Source: an uncultured delta proteobacterium (GTDB lineage Bacteria > Desulfobacterota > Binatia > UBA9968). Taken from it: a stretch of 64,000 bases of DNA. A program made the translations under genes and the position numbers. Of this stretch, positions 10,424 to 20,998 are shown piece by piece. The notes under the pieces are model-generated. The model was not told where the DNA came from. It saw nothing but the letters and a program-made list of their open reading frames with translations, and made no database searches. Position 1 is the first letter of the stretch. Every line of letters begins with the position of its first letter. The stretch lies in assembly GCA_963745035.1 (NCBI GenBank), contig CAVUVW010000013.1:1568001-1632000 (forward strand), read 5' to 3'.

Positions 10424-11084
10424 GTGGAGCTCATTCATACGCTGTATCAACCGGCGGGCGCCGGACCATTTCCGTCGATTTTGACTTTGCACGGCCGCGG
10501 CGCCAACGCCTTCGACTTGCTCGGCCTGGCGCCCTATCTCTGCGCCGGCAAGTTCATGCTGATCTGCCCGCAAGCGCCCTTGGAAACACCCATCGGTCCC
10601 GAGGCGGTCGGCTACGCTTGGTATCCGATGAGCAGCGGCCGCATGCCCGATGTCGAGGCGATGGTGAGCTCGCAGAGGAAGCTCCAGGCATTCCTCGACC
10701 AGTGTTCGAACAACGTACCCGATCGATCCCAAGAAACTAGCTGTGCTCGGCTTCAGCCAGGGCGGCGTCATGTCTTACAGCCTTGCGCTACCCAATCCTC
10801 AGCGCTTTGCAGCGCTCGCGGTGTTGAGTAGCTGGCTGCCGAAAGAGTTGCTGCAGCGCCTGAATGTCACCGACGCGGCGCAGTCCTTGCCCACTCTTGT
10901 GCAGCACGGCACCGACGATCCGATGATTGAAGTCGCTCGCGCGCGCAGCTCAGTCGAGACCTTGCGCGAACTGAACGTGCCGCTGACTTTTCGGGAATAT
11001 CCAATGGGCCATGAAATAGGCGCGCGCAGCCTCGCTGATTTGTCGGCTTGGCTGGAAGAGAAGGTACTGCGGGCCCGCGGATAG
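10424..11084 (+). CDS. phospholipase/carboxylesterase (frameshift ~10710)
   Basis: LHGRG, GFSQGG nucleophile elbow, HGTDDPMI and MGHEI. Confidence 0.9.
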
Positions 11085-11116
11085 AAAAAAAGGGGCGACC
11101 AGCCGGTCGCCCCTAC
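11085..11116 (-). terminator. GTAG-type REP hairpin acting as intrinsic terminator for htpX
   Basis: Minus strand reads GTAGGGGCGACCGGCTGGTCGCCCCT followed by a T run. Confidence 0.75.
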
Positions 11117-11152
11117 GTCAATTTTGCCTTTGAACCTAGAACCGGCGCGCCA

Positions 11153-12031
11153 CTAAGCGCGCATGTAGCTCATACTCGTCGACATCGCCTCAAGCCGGCG
11201 GATGCGCTCTTCCATCGCCGGATGCGTGCTGAAAAGACTGGCCAAGCCTCTGCCCGTCAGCGGATTCACGATGAACATGTGCGCGGTGGAATTCGCCGTC
11301 GCGTCGCTCACCTGGAGCGGAATGTTCTGCGCGCCCATGTGGAGCTTGCGCAGCGCGCTCGCCAACGCCAGCGGGTCGCCGGTCACCTTTGCGCCGCCTT
11401 CGTCCGCCATGTATTCGCGCGAGCGCGACACCGCCATCTGGATCAGCATCGCCGCGAGCGGCGCGACGATGATCATGAACAGCAGGCCGAAAATATTGCT
11501 GCCGCCTTCCTCGCGGTCGCGGCTGCCGCCGCCGAAGATCGCCGCCCACTGGGCCATGTGCGCCAGATAGGTGATGGCGCCGGCCAGAGTCGCCGCAATC
11601 GAGCTGACGAGAATATCGCGGTTCTTGACGTGGCTCAGCTCGTGCCCCAAGACTCCGGCGAGCTCGCGCTTGTTGAGGATGCGCCGGATGCCGTAAGTAA
11701 CGGCCACCGCCGCGTGCTGGGGATTGCGCCCGGTCGCGAACGCGTTGGGCGTCTCCTCGGGAATCACGTAAACCTTGGGCATCGGCAGGCCAGCCCTTCC
11801 GGCCAAATCCTGCACGATTCCATAGAGCTCAGGATCATCGTTGGCGGTGATTTCCTGGCCGCCGTACATTTTGAGAACAATCTTGTCACTGAACCAGTAG
11901 CTGAAAAAATTCATCCCGCCGGCCAGAATCAGCGCCAGCACGGCGCCGTTGGGGCCGCCGAACATATGACCGATCCAGACGACCAGCGCCGTCAAAACCG
12001 CCAGGAGAATCGTGGTTCGGAAACCATTCAT
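11153..12031 (-). CDS. htpX: zinc metalloprotease HtpX
   Basis: [11 protein letters not shown] start; [24 protein letters not shown] and FSTHP. Confidence 0.95.
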   Translation of the reverse strand: MNGFRTTILLAVLTALVVWIGHMFGGPNGAVLALILAGGMNFFSYWFSDKIVLKMYGGQEITANDDPELYGIVQDLAGRAGLPMPKVYVIPEETPNAFATGRNPQHAAVAVTYGIRRILNKRELAGVLGHELSHVKNRDILVSSIAATLAGAITYLAHMAQWAAIFGGGSRDREEGGSNIFGLLFMIIVAPLAAMLIQMAVSRSREYMADEGGAKVTGDPLALASALRKLHMGAQNIPLQVSDATANSTAHMFIVNPLTGRGLASLFSTHPAMEERIRRLEAMSTSMSYMRA

Positions 12032-12172
12032 TGGATTTTCCCCCTTTTGAGATATCCTATGTATACGAAACCTTAAGTCAAGTTGGGCTTTTAGCCCGCG
12101 GTAACCAATTTGTGTACGAAAAAGCGAAAAATCAAGGGGCTTGGTCAATAACGAATCCCAAAGGAGAGGCTC

Positions 12173-13045
12173 ATGCATATCGGCGTCGTCTTTCCTCAGA
12201 CTGAAATCGGCAGTGACCCTGCTGTGCTCAAAGCTTACGCCCAGACGGCCGAAGAGCTCGGCTATTCACACCTTCTCGCCTACGATCACGTGATCGGCGC
12301 CAATCCCGCGAGCCGACCCGGCTGGCGACCGCCTTATACCCACTTGGACCCGTTTCATGAGCCGCTGGTTCTGTTCGGCTATCTGGCCGGTCTGACGAAG
12401 CGGCTGGAACTCGTCACCGGCATTATCATCCTGCCGCAGCGGCAAACCGTTTTGGTCGCCAAGCAATCCGCGGAAGTCGATGTCTTGAGCGGCGGGCGGC
12501 TGCGCCTGGGCGTCGGCATCGGCTGGAACCCGGTGGAATACGAAGCTCTCGGCGAAAACTTCAAAAACCGCGGCCGGCGCTCCGAGGAGCAAGTCGAGCT
12601 GCTGCGCAAGCTGTGGACCGAAGAGCTGGTCACGTTCAACGGCCGCTGGCACAAAATCACCGACGCCGGCATCAATCCGCTGCCCGTGCAGCGGCCGATT
12701 CCGATCTGGTTCGGCGGCAGCGACGATCGCGCGTTGCGCCGTCTCGCCCGCCTGGGCGACGGCTGGTTTCCGCTCGTGGGCCCGGATGAACGATGCCGCG
12801 GGATGATCGAAACGATCCGGAGCTATGCGAAAGAGGCCGGCCGCGACCCGAGCGCGATCGGCATCGAAGGACGGATCGGCTACGGCGAGGGATCGGCGCA
12901 GACATGGCTCAAGGAACTTGAGGCGTGGAAGAAACTCGGCGCCACCCATGTGAGTCTCAACACGATGAAAGCCGGCCTGGGAACCCCCGCCGCCCACATC
13001 GACGCCATCCGCCGCTTCCAGACCGCCACCGCGGGCGCATGGTAA
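12173..13045 (+). CDS. LLM-class, probably F420-dependent oxidoreductase (Rv2161c-like)
   Basis: [27 protein letters not shown] and [11 protein letters not shown]; AGGAG RBS. Confidence 0.88.
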   Translation: MHIGVVFPQTEIGSDPAVLKAYAQTAEELGYSHLLAYDHVIGANPASRPGWRPPYTHLDPFHEPLVLFGYLAGLTKRLELVTGIIILPQRQTVLVAKQSAEVDVLSGGRLRLGVGIGWNPVEYEALGENFKNRGRRSEEQVELLRKLWTEELVTFNGRWHKITDAGINPLPVQRPIPIWFGGSDDRALRRLARLGDGWFPLVGPDERCRGMIETIRSYAKEAGRDPSAIGIEGRIGYGEGSAQTWLKELEAWKKLGATHVSLNTMKAGLGTPAAHIDAIRRFQTATAGAW

Positions 13046-13104
13046 AAGACGGGTCCGTCTCGCAAACCACGAATTTGCTGCGTGGTCACGGCCATTGTAT
13101 CTGA

Positions 13105-13290
13105 AAATCTTCCCTTCGCCTCTTTTCCAAAGAGGGGTTTAGAACCGCCGGATAGCTTTCATCTCAGTGCAAGAAGTGTGTGTCAGAGTGTCATTCCGAG
13201 GGCCTTCGTCGCGCTCAGGATAAACTCCGCCGAAGAATCTGTTTTTTAGGCCAGCGGAGAAGCAGATCTTCGCGGACTCATCTTGACCGA
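13105..13290. repeat. mosaic of dispersed palindromic repeats (CCCCTCT-type and TGTC-type REP)
   Basis: 13106-13139 resembles the reverse complement of 48600-48634. TGTCATTCCGAG...CGAAGAATCT...AGATCTTCG resembles 59632-59691. Confidence 0.65.
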
Positions 13291-13345
13291 AGGACTGCGT
13301 CGGTTATCGATGAAACTTCTGAAACCCGAAACTCCCACGGAACGT

Positions 13346-14440
13346 CTAGCGCATCGCCGTGCCGTGATCGCCGGCCTTGTCGAGCCACACGCGCAGCGCT
13401 TCAAAAGGCTCGCGTTCTTTTTTCACGGCGTCGCGCATGACACCGATGGTGCGGCGCAGATTGCGGTCGCATTTTTGGTAGAGCGCCTCGAAAAGCGCGA
13501 GGTCCTTCAGATAGACGATGTAGTGCATCAGCGCGGCGTTGTTGAGCGGCTGCTGGCTGAACCCGCGAAAGCGGTGCAGCGGCCGGTCGGCGATGCGCCG
13601 CGCCCACTCCGCTTTGCTGCGCGCGAACACTTCTTCGCGCAGGCGCAGCTTGTCGTCGCGCGACAGATCGCCGGCGTAGAGCGCGGCGAGGTCGCGCGCG
13701 ACCTCGCCGATGAACGCGCCGAACTCTCGTTCTTCTTCCCACAAAAGAACTGCGCGCCGGTGCTCGGCGCTGTCCTCGCCGAACTTTTCGCGAAAAAACT
13801 CGATGGCCGCGCGATGGCCGGCGAAGTTGGCCGAGCTTTCGTTAAAGGCGCCGGCGCCGCTGATGTAGAGCGTGTTGTGAAACAGCTCGTGAAAAACGAT
13901 TTCGCTCAGCAGCACCTTGTCGTATTTGAGCAGGTGCGAGAGCAGCGGGTCGTCGAACCAGCCGAGAGTGCTGAAAGCGGCCGAAGTGCGCAGCGTGGTG
14001 TCGTAGCCTTCGGCCTTCAGCCGCTCGATTTCCGCCTCCGCTTCCGCCTTGGAAAAATAGCCCCGGTAGGGCACGCTGCCGACGATCAGAAACCACCATG
14101 TGTACGGCCGCAGCTCTGTCTTGGGTGCAGCGACGACGACGTAGGTGAGATCGGCGCGATCGACGTAGGAATAGCTGGCGTAGCTGCCGCCGACGTTGAA
14201 GTCGAGCCGATCGCGCGCATACTCGCGCGCCGCCAGCACCAGGCGCAATTTCTCCTGGGTCTCCGGCGTCACCTCGGGATTTTGCAGCAAGTCGGCGATC
14301 GGCTCGCGCCGCCAGAGAATCTTGCCCTCCTCGTAGGCGGCGCGCATGACGTAGAGCGGCGAACAGGCGGATAGGAGCGCGGCGGCGGCAAGCCCCGCGA
14401 CTCCAAACTTCGTGTAGCGCCGCAGGCGGCGCGAACCCAA
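13346..14440 (-). CDS. putative Zn-dependent aminopeptidase lipoprotein (DUF2265-like)
   Basis: Lipobox LLSAC, STLGWFDDP, HELFH (HExxH) and FNES. Confidence 0.85.
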   Translation of the reverse strand: MGSRRLRRYTKFGVAGLAAAALLSACSPLYVMRAAYEEGKILWRREPIADLLQNPEVTPETQEKLRLVLAAREYARDRLDFNVGGSYASYSYVDRADLTYVVVAAPKTELRPYTWWFLIVGSVPYRGYFSKAEAEAEIERLKAEGYDTTLRTSAAFSTLGWFDDPLLSHLLKYDKVLLSEIVFHELFHNTLYISGAGAFNESSANFAGHRAAIEFFREKFGEDSAEHRRAVLLWEEEREFGAFIGEVARDLAALYAGDLSRDDKLRLREEVFARSKAEWARRIADRPLHRFRGFSQQPLNNAALMHYIVYLKDLALFEALYQKCDRNLRRTIGVMRDAVKKEREPFEALRVWLDKAGDHGTAMR

Positions 14441-14478
14441 AGCCGCTGCGCGGTGCCGGCGCTCTGCTTTCGCTCCCG

Positions 14479-16299
14479 CTAGGCATTTGCTTTGAACGCC
14501 GCCGTTTCTTGGGCTCCCAACTGCAACTCCTCGCGCTCGTACTGCAACTGGTAGAGCCGGTGGTAAATGCCGCCCAGCTCCATCAACTCGGCGTGAGAGC
14601 CGACCTCGCGCACCTCGCCGTGGTGCAGCACGATGATGCGGTCGGCGTTGCGAATGGTCGAGAGCCGGTGCGCGATCAGGAGGCAGGTCCGGTTGCGCAT
14701 GACTTTTTCGAGCGCGTCCTGGATCAATCCTTCGGTCTCGGAATCGATGCTCGAAGTCGCCTCGTCCATGACCAGGATCTCCGGCCGGTAGACCAGCACC
14801 CGAGCAAGCGAAAGCAGCTGACGCTCGCCGCCGGAGAAATTGCTGCCGCGCTCGCGCACACGCGCGCCGTAGCCGCCGGGCAGCCGGCGGATGAAAGCAT
14901 CGGCGTTGGCGATCCGCGCCGCCTCTTCGATCCGTTCCAGCGGAATCGTCGGATCGCCGAGCGCGAGATTGGCGCGCACGTCGCCGGAAAACAAGAACAC
15001 ATCCTGCAAGACTACACCGATATGGCGGCGCAGCGCGCGCACATCCCAGTCGCGCACGTCGACCCCGCCGACTTTAATCGAGCCTTTTTCGATATCGTAG
15101 GAACGGTTGAGCAGCTTGATCGTCGTGGTTTTTCCCGAGCCGGTGGCGCCGACCACAGCGACGCGCTCGCCCGCTTCGATGCGAAACGACACGCCTTTCA
15201 ACACCGGCGCGTCGGCTTTGTAGCGAAACCAGACGTCGTCGAAGACCACCTCGCCGCGAAACGGCTTGGGCACCGAAGCCCTCGCGGGCGTGCGAATGTC
15301 CACCGGCGTATCGAGCAACTGAAAGATTCTTTCCGCCGATGCCATGGCCGACTGCATCACGGCGTATTTCTGGCTAAATTCGCGCAGCGGCACGAAGAAG
15401 CGGTGCAGGTACTCTTTGAACGCGACCAGCGTGCCGATGCCGATGGCGCCGTGCAGCACCTCGCCGCCGCCGTACCAGAGCAGCAAACCGACGCTCACCG
15501 CGCCGGCGGCTTCGACCATCGAGTAGAGCGCCGCTTCGTACAGGTTGGAGAGGTGATATGCGTCGCGATGGTCGGCGTTGAGGTCGTCGAACTCGCGAAA
15601 AGTCTTCTCTTCCCGGGCGAAGAGTTGAATCACCGCCATGCCGGAAATCGCCTCGCCGAGATACGCGTTGATGCGCGCGATGCGCTCGCGAATCTGCCGG
15701 TAGGTCTGGCGCGCCTTGACGCGGAAAAAGTTGATCGCGACGGCCATCGGCGGGATCAAGGCCAACGAGACCAGCGCCAGATCGACGTCGAGATAAAACA
15801 TGATGCCGATGATCCAGGCGACCATGATGAAATCGGCGACCAAAGTGACCACGCCCGAGGAAAACATCTCCTGCAGCACGTCGATATCGGTGGTCATGCG
15901 CGTCACCAGCCGGCCCACCGGATTGCGGTCGAAGTAGCCCATCTGGAGCTTTTGCACGTGCGCGAAGACCGCCACCCGCAAGTCGGCGAGACAGCGCTGC
16001 GCCACCAGCATGGCGAGATAATAGTGCGCGAACGCTGCGATCGTCTCGCCGACGAGCGCGCCCAAAAACAGCAGCATGACGTTCTGCAGACCCCACAGAT
16101 CTTTGCTCGCGATATACTGATCGATGCCGACCTTCATCAAGTAGGGCTGCGCCAGACCGAAGCCCTGCTGCAGCGGCAGCAGCAGCAGGCTCAAGAAGAA
16201 CAGCCGCTTGTAGGGAAGAATGAACCGCCAGAGCCGTTTGATCAGCCGGAAATCATAGGCTTTGCCGAGGATCTCTTCGGGGTGCGCTGCCTGGGCCAT
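14479..16299 (-). CDS. ABC exporter, fused TMD-NBD (heterodimer subunit B)
   Basis: GATGSGKTT, FSGGE and MDEATS. Confidence 0.93.
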   Translation of the reverse strand: MAQAAHPEEILGKAYDFRLIKRLWRFILPYKRLFFLSLLLLPLQQGFGLAQPYLMKVGIDQYIASKDLWGLQNVMLLFLGALVGETIAAFAHYYLAMLVAQRCLADLRVAVFAHVQKLQMGYFDRNPVGRLVTRMTTDIDVLQEMFSSGVVTLVADFIMVAWIIGIMFYLDVDLALVSLALIPPMAVAINFFRVKARQTYRQIRERIARINAYLGEAISGMAVIQLFAREEKTFREFDDLNADHRDAYHLSNLYEAALYSMVEAAGAVSVGLLLWYGGGEVLHGAIGIGTLVAFKEYLHRFFVPLREFSQKYAVMQSAMASAERIFQLLDTPVDIRTPARASVPKPFRGEVVFDDVWFRYKADAPVLKGVSFRIEAGERVAVVGATGSGKTTTIKLLNRSYDIEKGSIKVGGVDVRDWDVRALRRHIGVVLQDVFLFSGDVRANLALGDPTIPLERIEEAARIANADAFIRRLPGGYGARVRERGSNFSGGERQLLSLARVLVYRPEILVMDEATSSIDSETEGLIQDALEKVMRNRTCLLIAHRLSTIRNADRIIVLHHGEVREVGSHAELMELGGIYHRLYQLQYEREELQLGAQETAAFKANA

Positions 16300-18039
16300 C
16301 TAGATTTGTTCCAGCTCCTCGCTCAGCCGCTGCTGCTGGTAGAGCTCGGCGTAGAGGCCGCCGCGCCGCGCCAGCTCGTCATGGCTGCCGCGCTCGATGA
16401 TCCTGCCCTCATCGAGCACGAGAATCTCGTCGGCCTCTTTGACGGCCGAGATCCGATGCGAAATGATCAGACAGGTTTTTTCCTTGAGGATGGCGCGCAG
16501 CTCGTGCAGAATTTCCGCCTCCGTCTGTGCATCGACGCTGGAAAGACAATCATCGAGAATCAACACCGGCGGATCGGTGATCAGCGCCCGCGCCAGGGTG
16601 GCGCGCTGTTTCTGTCCGCCCGAAAGAGTGACGCCGCGCTCGCCGACGATGGTGTCCAAGCCGTGGGGAAAGACCTCCAAATCGCGATCGAGGCTGGCGA
16701 TCTTCACGGCGCGCGCGATCTCTTCCGCGCTGCACCCGTCACGGCCAAAGATCAGGTTGCTTTTGAGCGATGTGGAAAACAGAAACGGCTCCTGGGGCAC
16801 GTAGCCGATCATCCTGCGCAGCTCGCCGAGCGGCAGCGCGCGGATATCCCGGCCGTCCATCAGAATGGCGCCCGATGACGCATCGAAGAGCCGCGGCACA
16901 AGCTGCGCGAGCGTGCTCTTGCCTGAGCCTACCCGCCCGACCAGCCCCACCGAGCGCCCCACCGGCAGCTTGAAATCGACGCTGTCGAGGGCCGGGTGGC
17001 CGTTTCTTTGCCGCTCGTAGATGAACGATACGTCGCGAAACTCGATGGCGTTTTTGAGCGCGTGGCTTTCGCCGCTCTCCGCTTGGTCGACGATCTCCGG
17101 TTTGCTTTCGAGAATCTCTTCGAGACGGCGCATGGCCGCGCGGCCGCGCTCGACCAGCGATAGCATCCAGCCGAACGCCGCCGTCGGCCAAGCCAACACG
17201 TTCAGATAGGCGATAAAGGCGACGATATCGGCGACCAGCAGATCGCCGCGCAGCACGCGCACGCCGCCGTACCAGATCACGATCAGCACGGTCAGCCCGT
17301 TGATGCCTTGCATGATCGGGTTGACGATGCCGCGCATCTTCGCCATTTCCATGCTTTTGACTTCGTAGTCCTTGTTGAGCGCGATAAATTGCTGGGTCTG
17401 GAAATCTTCCTGGGCGTAGGCTTTGACGACGTGCATGCCGCTCAGATTTTCCTGCACGTGGCTGCTCAACACCGACATCTGCTGCTGTACTTCGAGCGAG
17501 CTCTTGAGAATCCGGCCGCGAAACTTGCGCGCCGCGTACATGAGCAGCGGAAACGGCGCCAGCGCCGCGAGCGTCATGCGCACGTCCATCGACAGCATCA
17601 GCGCCACGGCGTAGACGTAATACAGCGGCGCGTTGACGAAATTGAGCACGCCCGGACCGAGCATCACGCGCACCGCGGAAATGTCGTTGATCACCCGCGA
17701 CATCAGGTCGCCGGTCCTTTGCCGGTGATAGTAGGCCGGCGCCAGCTTTTGCAGGTGGGCGAAGAGATCGTTGCGCAAATCGTACTCGATGTTGCGCCCG
17801 GCATTGAAGATCAGCGCCCGCGACCAGGTGCGCACGACACCCTGCAGAACCGCGGCAGCGATGATCAGCACGGCGTAATAGACCGCGTCGGACGCCGGAC
17901 CGCCGTGCTCGATGATGCGCACCGCCTCGCGAATCCACCAGGGGATCCACATGACCAGAGTCGCCGTGCCGAGCAGGCAGAGTCCGCCGAGGAGGTATTG
18001 GCGCCGGTAGCGCCGTAGGTAGCCGACCAATCGTCCCAT
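16300..18039 (-). CDS. ABC exporter, fused TMD-NBD (heterodimer subunit A, degenerate Walker B)
   Basis: GRVGSGKST, LSGGQ and ILDDCLS; forms an MdlAB/TmrAB-like pair with the adjacent gene. Confidence 0.93.
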   Translation of the reverse strand: MGRLVGYLRRYRRQYLLGGLCLLGTATLVMWIPWWIREAVRIIEHGGPASDAVYYAVLIIAAAVLQGVVRTWSRALIFNAGRNIEYDLRNDLFAHLQKLAPAYYHRQRTGDLMSRVINDISAVRVMLGPGVLNFVNAPLYYVYAVALMLSMDVRMTLAALAPFPLLMYAARKFRGRILKSSLEVQQQMSVLSSHVQENLSGMHVVKAYAQEDFQTQQFIALNKDYEVKSMEMAKMRGIVNPIMQGINGLTVLIVIWYGGVRVLRGDLLVADIVAFIAYLNVLAWPTAAFGWMLSLVERGRAAMRRLEEILESKPEIVDQAESGESHALKNAIEFRDVSFIYERQRNGHPALDSVDFKLPVGRSVGLVGRVGSGKSTLAQLVPRLFDASSGAILMDGRDIRALPLGELRRMIGYVPQEPFLFSTSLKSNLIFGRDGCSAEEIARAVKIASLDRDLEVFPHGLDTIVGERGVTLSGGQKQRATLARALITDPPVLILDDCLSSVDAQTEAEILHELRAILKEKTCLIISHRISAVKEADEILVLDEGRIIERGSHDELARRGGLYAELYQQQRLSEELEQI

Positions 18040-18164
18040 GAACTTGTTTAAGATACTCTACGGTGTTCCGGCCCGCAACAAAGCGTCGCGAAGCACGAGC
18101 CCTGGAACGCGCCTACGAAGAGCGCGGCTTGACAATGCGGGCACGCTCCCTAATAAACAAGGTG

Positions 18165-19997
18165 ATGCAACCGACTCCGAGCCGCCGCCAAGATATCCGA
18201 AACATCGCCATTATCGCCCACGTCGACCATGGCAAAACGACATTGGTCGACGGCATGCTGCGTCAAAGCGGCATATTTCGCGCCAACGAACATGTCGCCG
18301 ACCGGGTTATGGATTCCATGGACCTCGAACGCGAGCGCGGCATTACGATCATGGCAAAGAATACGACGATTTATTACGGCGAGGTCAAGATCAATATCGT
18401 CGACACGCCCGGCCATGCTGACTTCGGCGGGGAGGTGGAACGGACGCTGGCGATGGTGGACGGCGTCATGTTACTGGTGGACGCTTCCGAAGGTCCGTTG
18501 CCGCAAACCCGCTTCGTTCTCAAGAAAGCTCTCGAAGCCAAACTGACGCCGATTGTCTGTATCAACAAGATCGACCGGCCCGATGCGCGCGTCGACGCCG
18601 TGCTGGACGAGATCTACGATCTCTTCATCGACCTCGATGCCAGCGAAGAGCAGCTCGACTTTCCCGTCGTCTACACCAACGCCCGCGCCGGCACGGCAAC
18701 GCTCGACTTAAAAGCGCCGGGCGCAAATCTCAAACCGATGTTCGAGCTCATCGTGCAGACTTTGCAGGGTCCGGTCGTCGACCCAGCGGTGCCAACCCAG
18801 TTTCAAGCCAACAATCTCGACTACAACGACTACGTCGGGCGGCTCGCCGTCGGGCGAGTTAAGAATGGCACGCTGGCTGCGGGACAGTACACCCTGTGTC
18901 GCTCGGATGGCAGCCAACAACTGGTCAAAATCACGCAGGTCTTTGGCTGGCAGGGACTCAAACGAGTGGAAGTCGAGTCGGCGGGCGCCGGCGATATCGC
19001 CGCCATTGCCGGCATCGAGGACATCGGCATCAGCGACACGATTACCGATCGAGAAAAGCCTCAGGCGCTGCCGCCGCTGCGCATCGATGAACCGACCATC
19101 GCCATGCTCTTCTGCGCCAATAATTCGCCTTGGTCCGGCCGCGAAGGAGAGTTCGTGACTTCACGCAAGTTGCGCGAACGGTTGTTTTTTGAACAACGGC
19201 GCAACGTCAGTCTGCGCGTCGAGGAGACGGCGCAGCCCGACGCATTTCAAGTCACCGGCCGCGGCGAGTTCGCCTTGGCGATCGTGATCGAGACCATGCG
19301 GCGCGAAGGCTACGAACTGATGGTCTCGAAGCCCACCGTCATCACGCGTGAGATCGGCGGCGCGATCAACGAACCGATGGAATTGCTCGTGATCGATATT
19401 CCCGAAGATTTTATCGGCGTCGTGTCGCAGCTTTTAGCCATGCGCAAGGGCAAGATGACCAAAATGATTCACGCCGGCTCAAGCCGGGTGCGCTTGGAAT
19501 TCGCCGTGCCTTCACGAGGCTTGATTGGCTTTCGCTCGCGCTTTCTCACCGATACCCGCGGCACCGGCATCATGAACGCTTTGTTCAATGGCTGGGCGCC
19601 CTGGCATGGCACGATTCAAGCGCGGACGAATGCCGCGATGGTCGCGGACCGCGAGGGTCAAACCACCCCCTATGCGATTTTCCATTTGCAGGAACGCGGC
19701 GTGCTGTTTCTCGCTCCGGGAACCAGGGTTTACGAGGGCATGGTCGTCGGCGAGTATTCACGCGAAAACGATTTGAACGTAAACATTTGCAAGGAGAAAA
19801 AACTCACCAACATGCGCGCCGCCGGCAAGGACGAAAACATCATCATCTCACCGCACCGCGAAATGGGTCTGGAAGAAGGCATCGAGTGGATCGCCGACGA
19901 CGAGTTGGTAGAGGTCACTCCGCAATCGATTCGATTGCGCAAGAAGATCTTGAAGCAATCCGACCGCCCGCGGCGGCGCCACGAGGACGAGGAATAA
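18165..19997 (+). CDS. typA: translational GTPase TypA/BipA
   Basis: [30 protein letters not shown] and [11 protein letters not shown]. Confidence 0.97.
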   Translation: MQPTPSRRQDIRNIAIIAHVDHGKTTLVDGMLRQSGIFRANEHVADRVMDSMDLERERGITIMAKNTTIYYGEVKINIVDTPGHADFGGEVERTLAMVDGVMLLVDASEGPLPQTRFVLKKALEAKLTPIVCINKIDRPDARVDAVLDEIYDLFIDLDASEEQLDFPVVYTNARAGTATLDLKAPGANLKPMFELIVQTLQGPVVDPAVPTQFQANNLDYNDYVGRLAVGRVKNGTLAAGQYTLCRSDGSQQLVKITQVFGWQGLKRVEVESAGAGDIAAIAGIEDIGISDTITDREKPQALPPLRIDEPTIAMLFCANNSPWSGREGEFVTSRKLRERLFFEQRRNVSLRVEETAQPDAFQVTGRGEFALAIVIETMRREGYELMVSKPTVITREIGGAINEPMELLVIDIPEDFIGVVSQLLAMRKGKMTKMIHAGSSRVRLEFAVPSRGLIGFRSRFLTDTRGTGIMNALFNGWAPWHGTIQARTNAAMVADREGQTTPYAIFHLQERGVLFLAPGTRVYEGMVVGEYSRENDLNVNICKEKKLTNMRAAGKDENIIISPHREMGLEEGIEWIADDELVEVTPQSIRLRKKILKQSDRPRRRHEDEE

Positions 19998-20000
19998 ACC

Positions 20001-20403
20001 CTATTTTTTCTTCTCGGCGCGCGGCGGAACCTTGTCGCAGAATTCCTTTTTGATGAACATGATCGCTATGCCCTCCGATGGCGCTCGCACTTCGACAGCG
20101 GGCCGCGTGCCAGCCTTGAACTCTTTCATCTCGGCCTTGTGCGCGCCACTCGCAGCTTCTCCACTAGCTGTTGCGGGCTCTGAAATGTCATTGTACTCCG
20201 GGCCCCTTCTTCGCCAGAATCGATGTCGGCGCGCACTCTCCTTCACGGCCGGCCAGGAGCCACGGCCCCGGATCTTCTTTCACAACGGGAGGCACTTTGG
20301 TGGTTTTGCTCTTGTCGGGCTGAGCTGCGCCGGCAAATGAGACGCCTCCCGCAAGCAAGAACATCAAAATCCACAGCAGCTTTCCACCTATAAAATCGAT
20401 CAT
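20001..20403 (-). CDS. hypothetical secreted protein (frameshift ~20195)
   Basis: Signal-like MIDFIGGKLLWILMFLLAGGVSFA; the tail of ORF 20188-20847 joins ORF 20001-20246. Confidence 0.5.
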
Positions 20404-20428
20404 GCCGAATCTCCGCGCATTGCCAACG

Positions 20429-20790
20429 CTAGTCTGAATGCAGCGCGATGCGATTTCCTTCACTGTCGAGCACAATCGCGCGAAAGCCAAACGGCCCGAT
20501 CTCATGTTTAGGCTCGATGACTTGCCGCCGTGAGCCGAGACCGCGACGATGGCGTCGTCGAGTCGCCCGTTGACGTTCAAATAGATCATCACGCCCTGAG
20601 CCGACGGCTTCTCATCCGGACTGGTCAATAAACAACCGCCGGCTTCGCCGTCGCCGTGCGGTAAAACACCGACGGTCATGCCGGGAAAATCGTGTTTTTT
20701 CACGTCCTGCCCCAGCACCGCCGCATAGAACCTCACGGCCCGGTCCAGGTCCAAAACCGGAATATCGCACCAGACGATTTGATTGGCCAT
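20429..20790 (-). CDS. VOC/glyoxalase family protein (frameshift ~20520)
   Basis: MANQIVWCDIPVLDLDRAVRFY; the shifted frame ends LDSEGNRIALHSD*; AGGAG RBS. Confidence 0.85.
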
Positions 20791-20998
20791 GAGCGTTCTC
20801 CTTTCTGACGATAAGGAAATCTTAGACGACAGGAAACGATGCTTCACTCAATGACTGAATTTCACACCCAGCATTTCACAATCTCACTATAAATATTGCC
20901 GCCGATTCGATTTTCGAAAGATGGCAATATTCGTCGCTTTCGCGCGCCATCTCGGGCTCACCGGGGCCGAGAATGACGGTCGGCGGATTGTCGCCGTA

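Noticed and set aside
14509-16878. Long antisense ORFs (789 aa here; also 20921-21985, 42778-44151, 60199-61653 and others)
   Set aside because: They are shadows of well-supported genes on the opposite strand, expected in high-GC DNA, and show no motifs.
20188-20847. 219-aa VOC fusion protein
   Set aside because: It is an artefact of a frameshift joining the VOC gene to the next secreted-protein gene.
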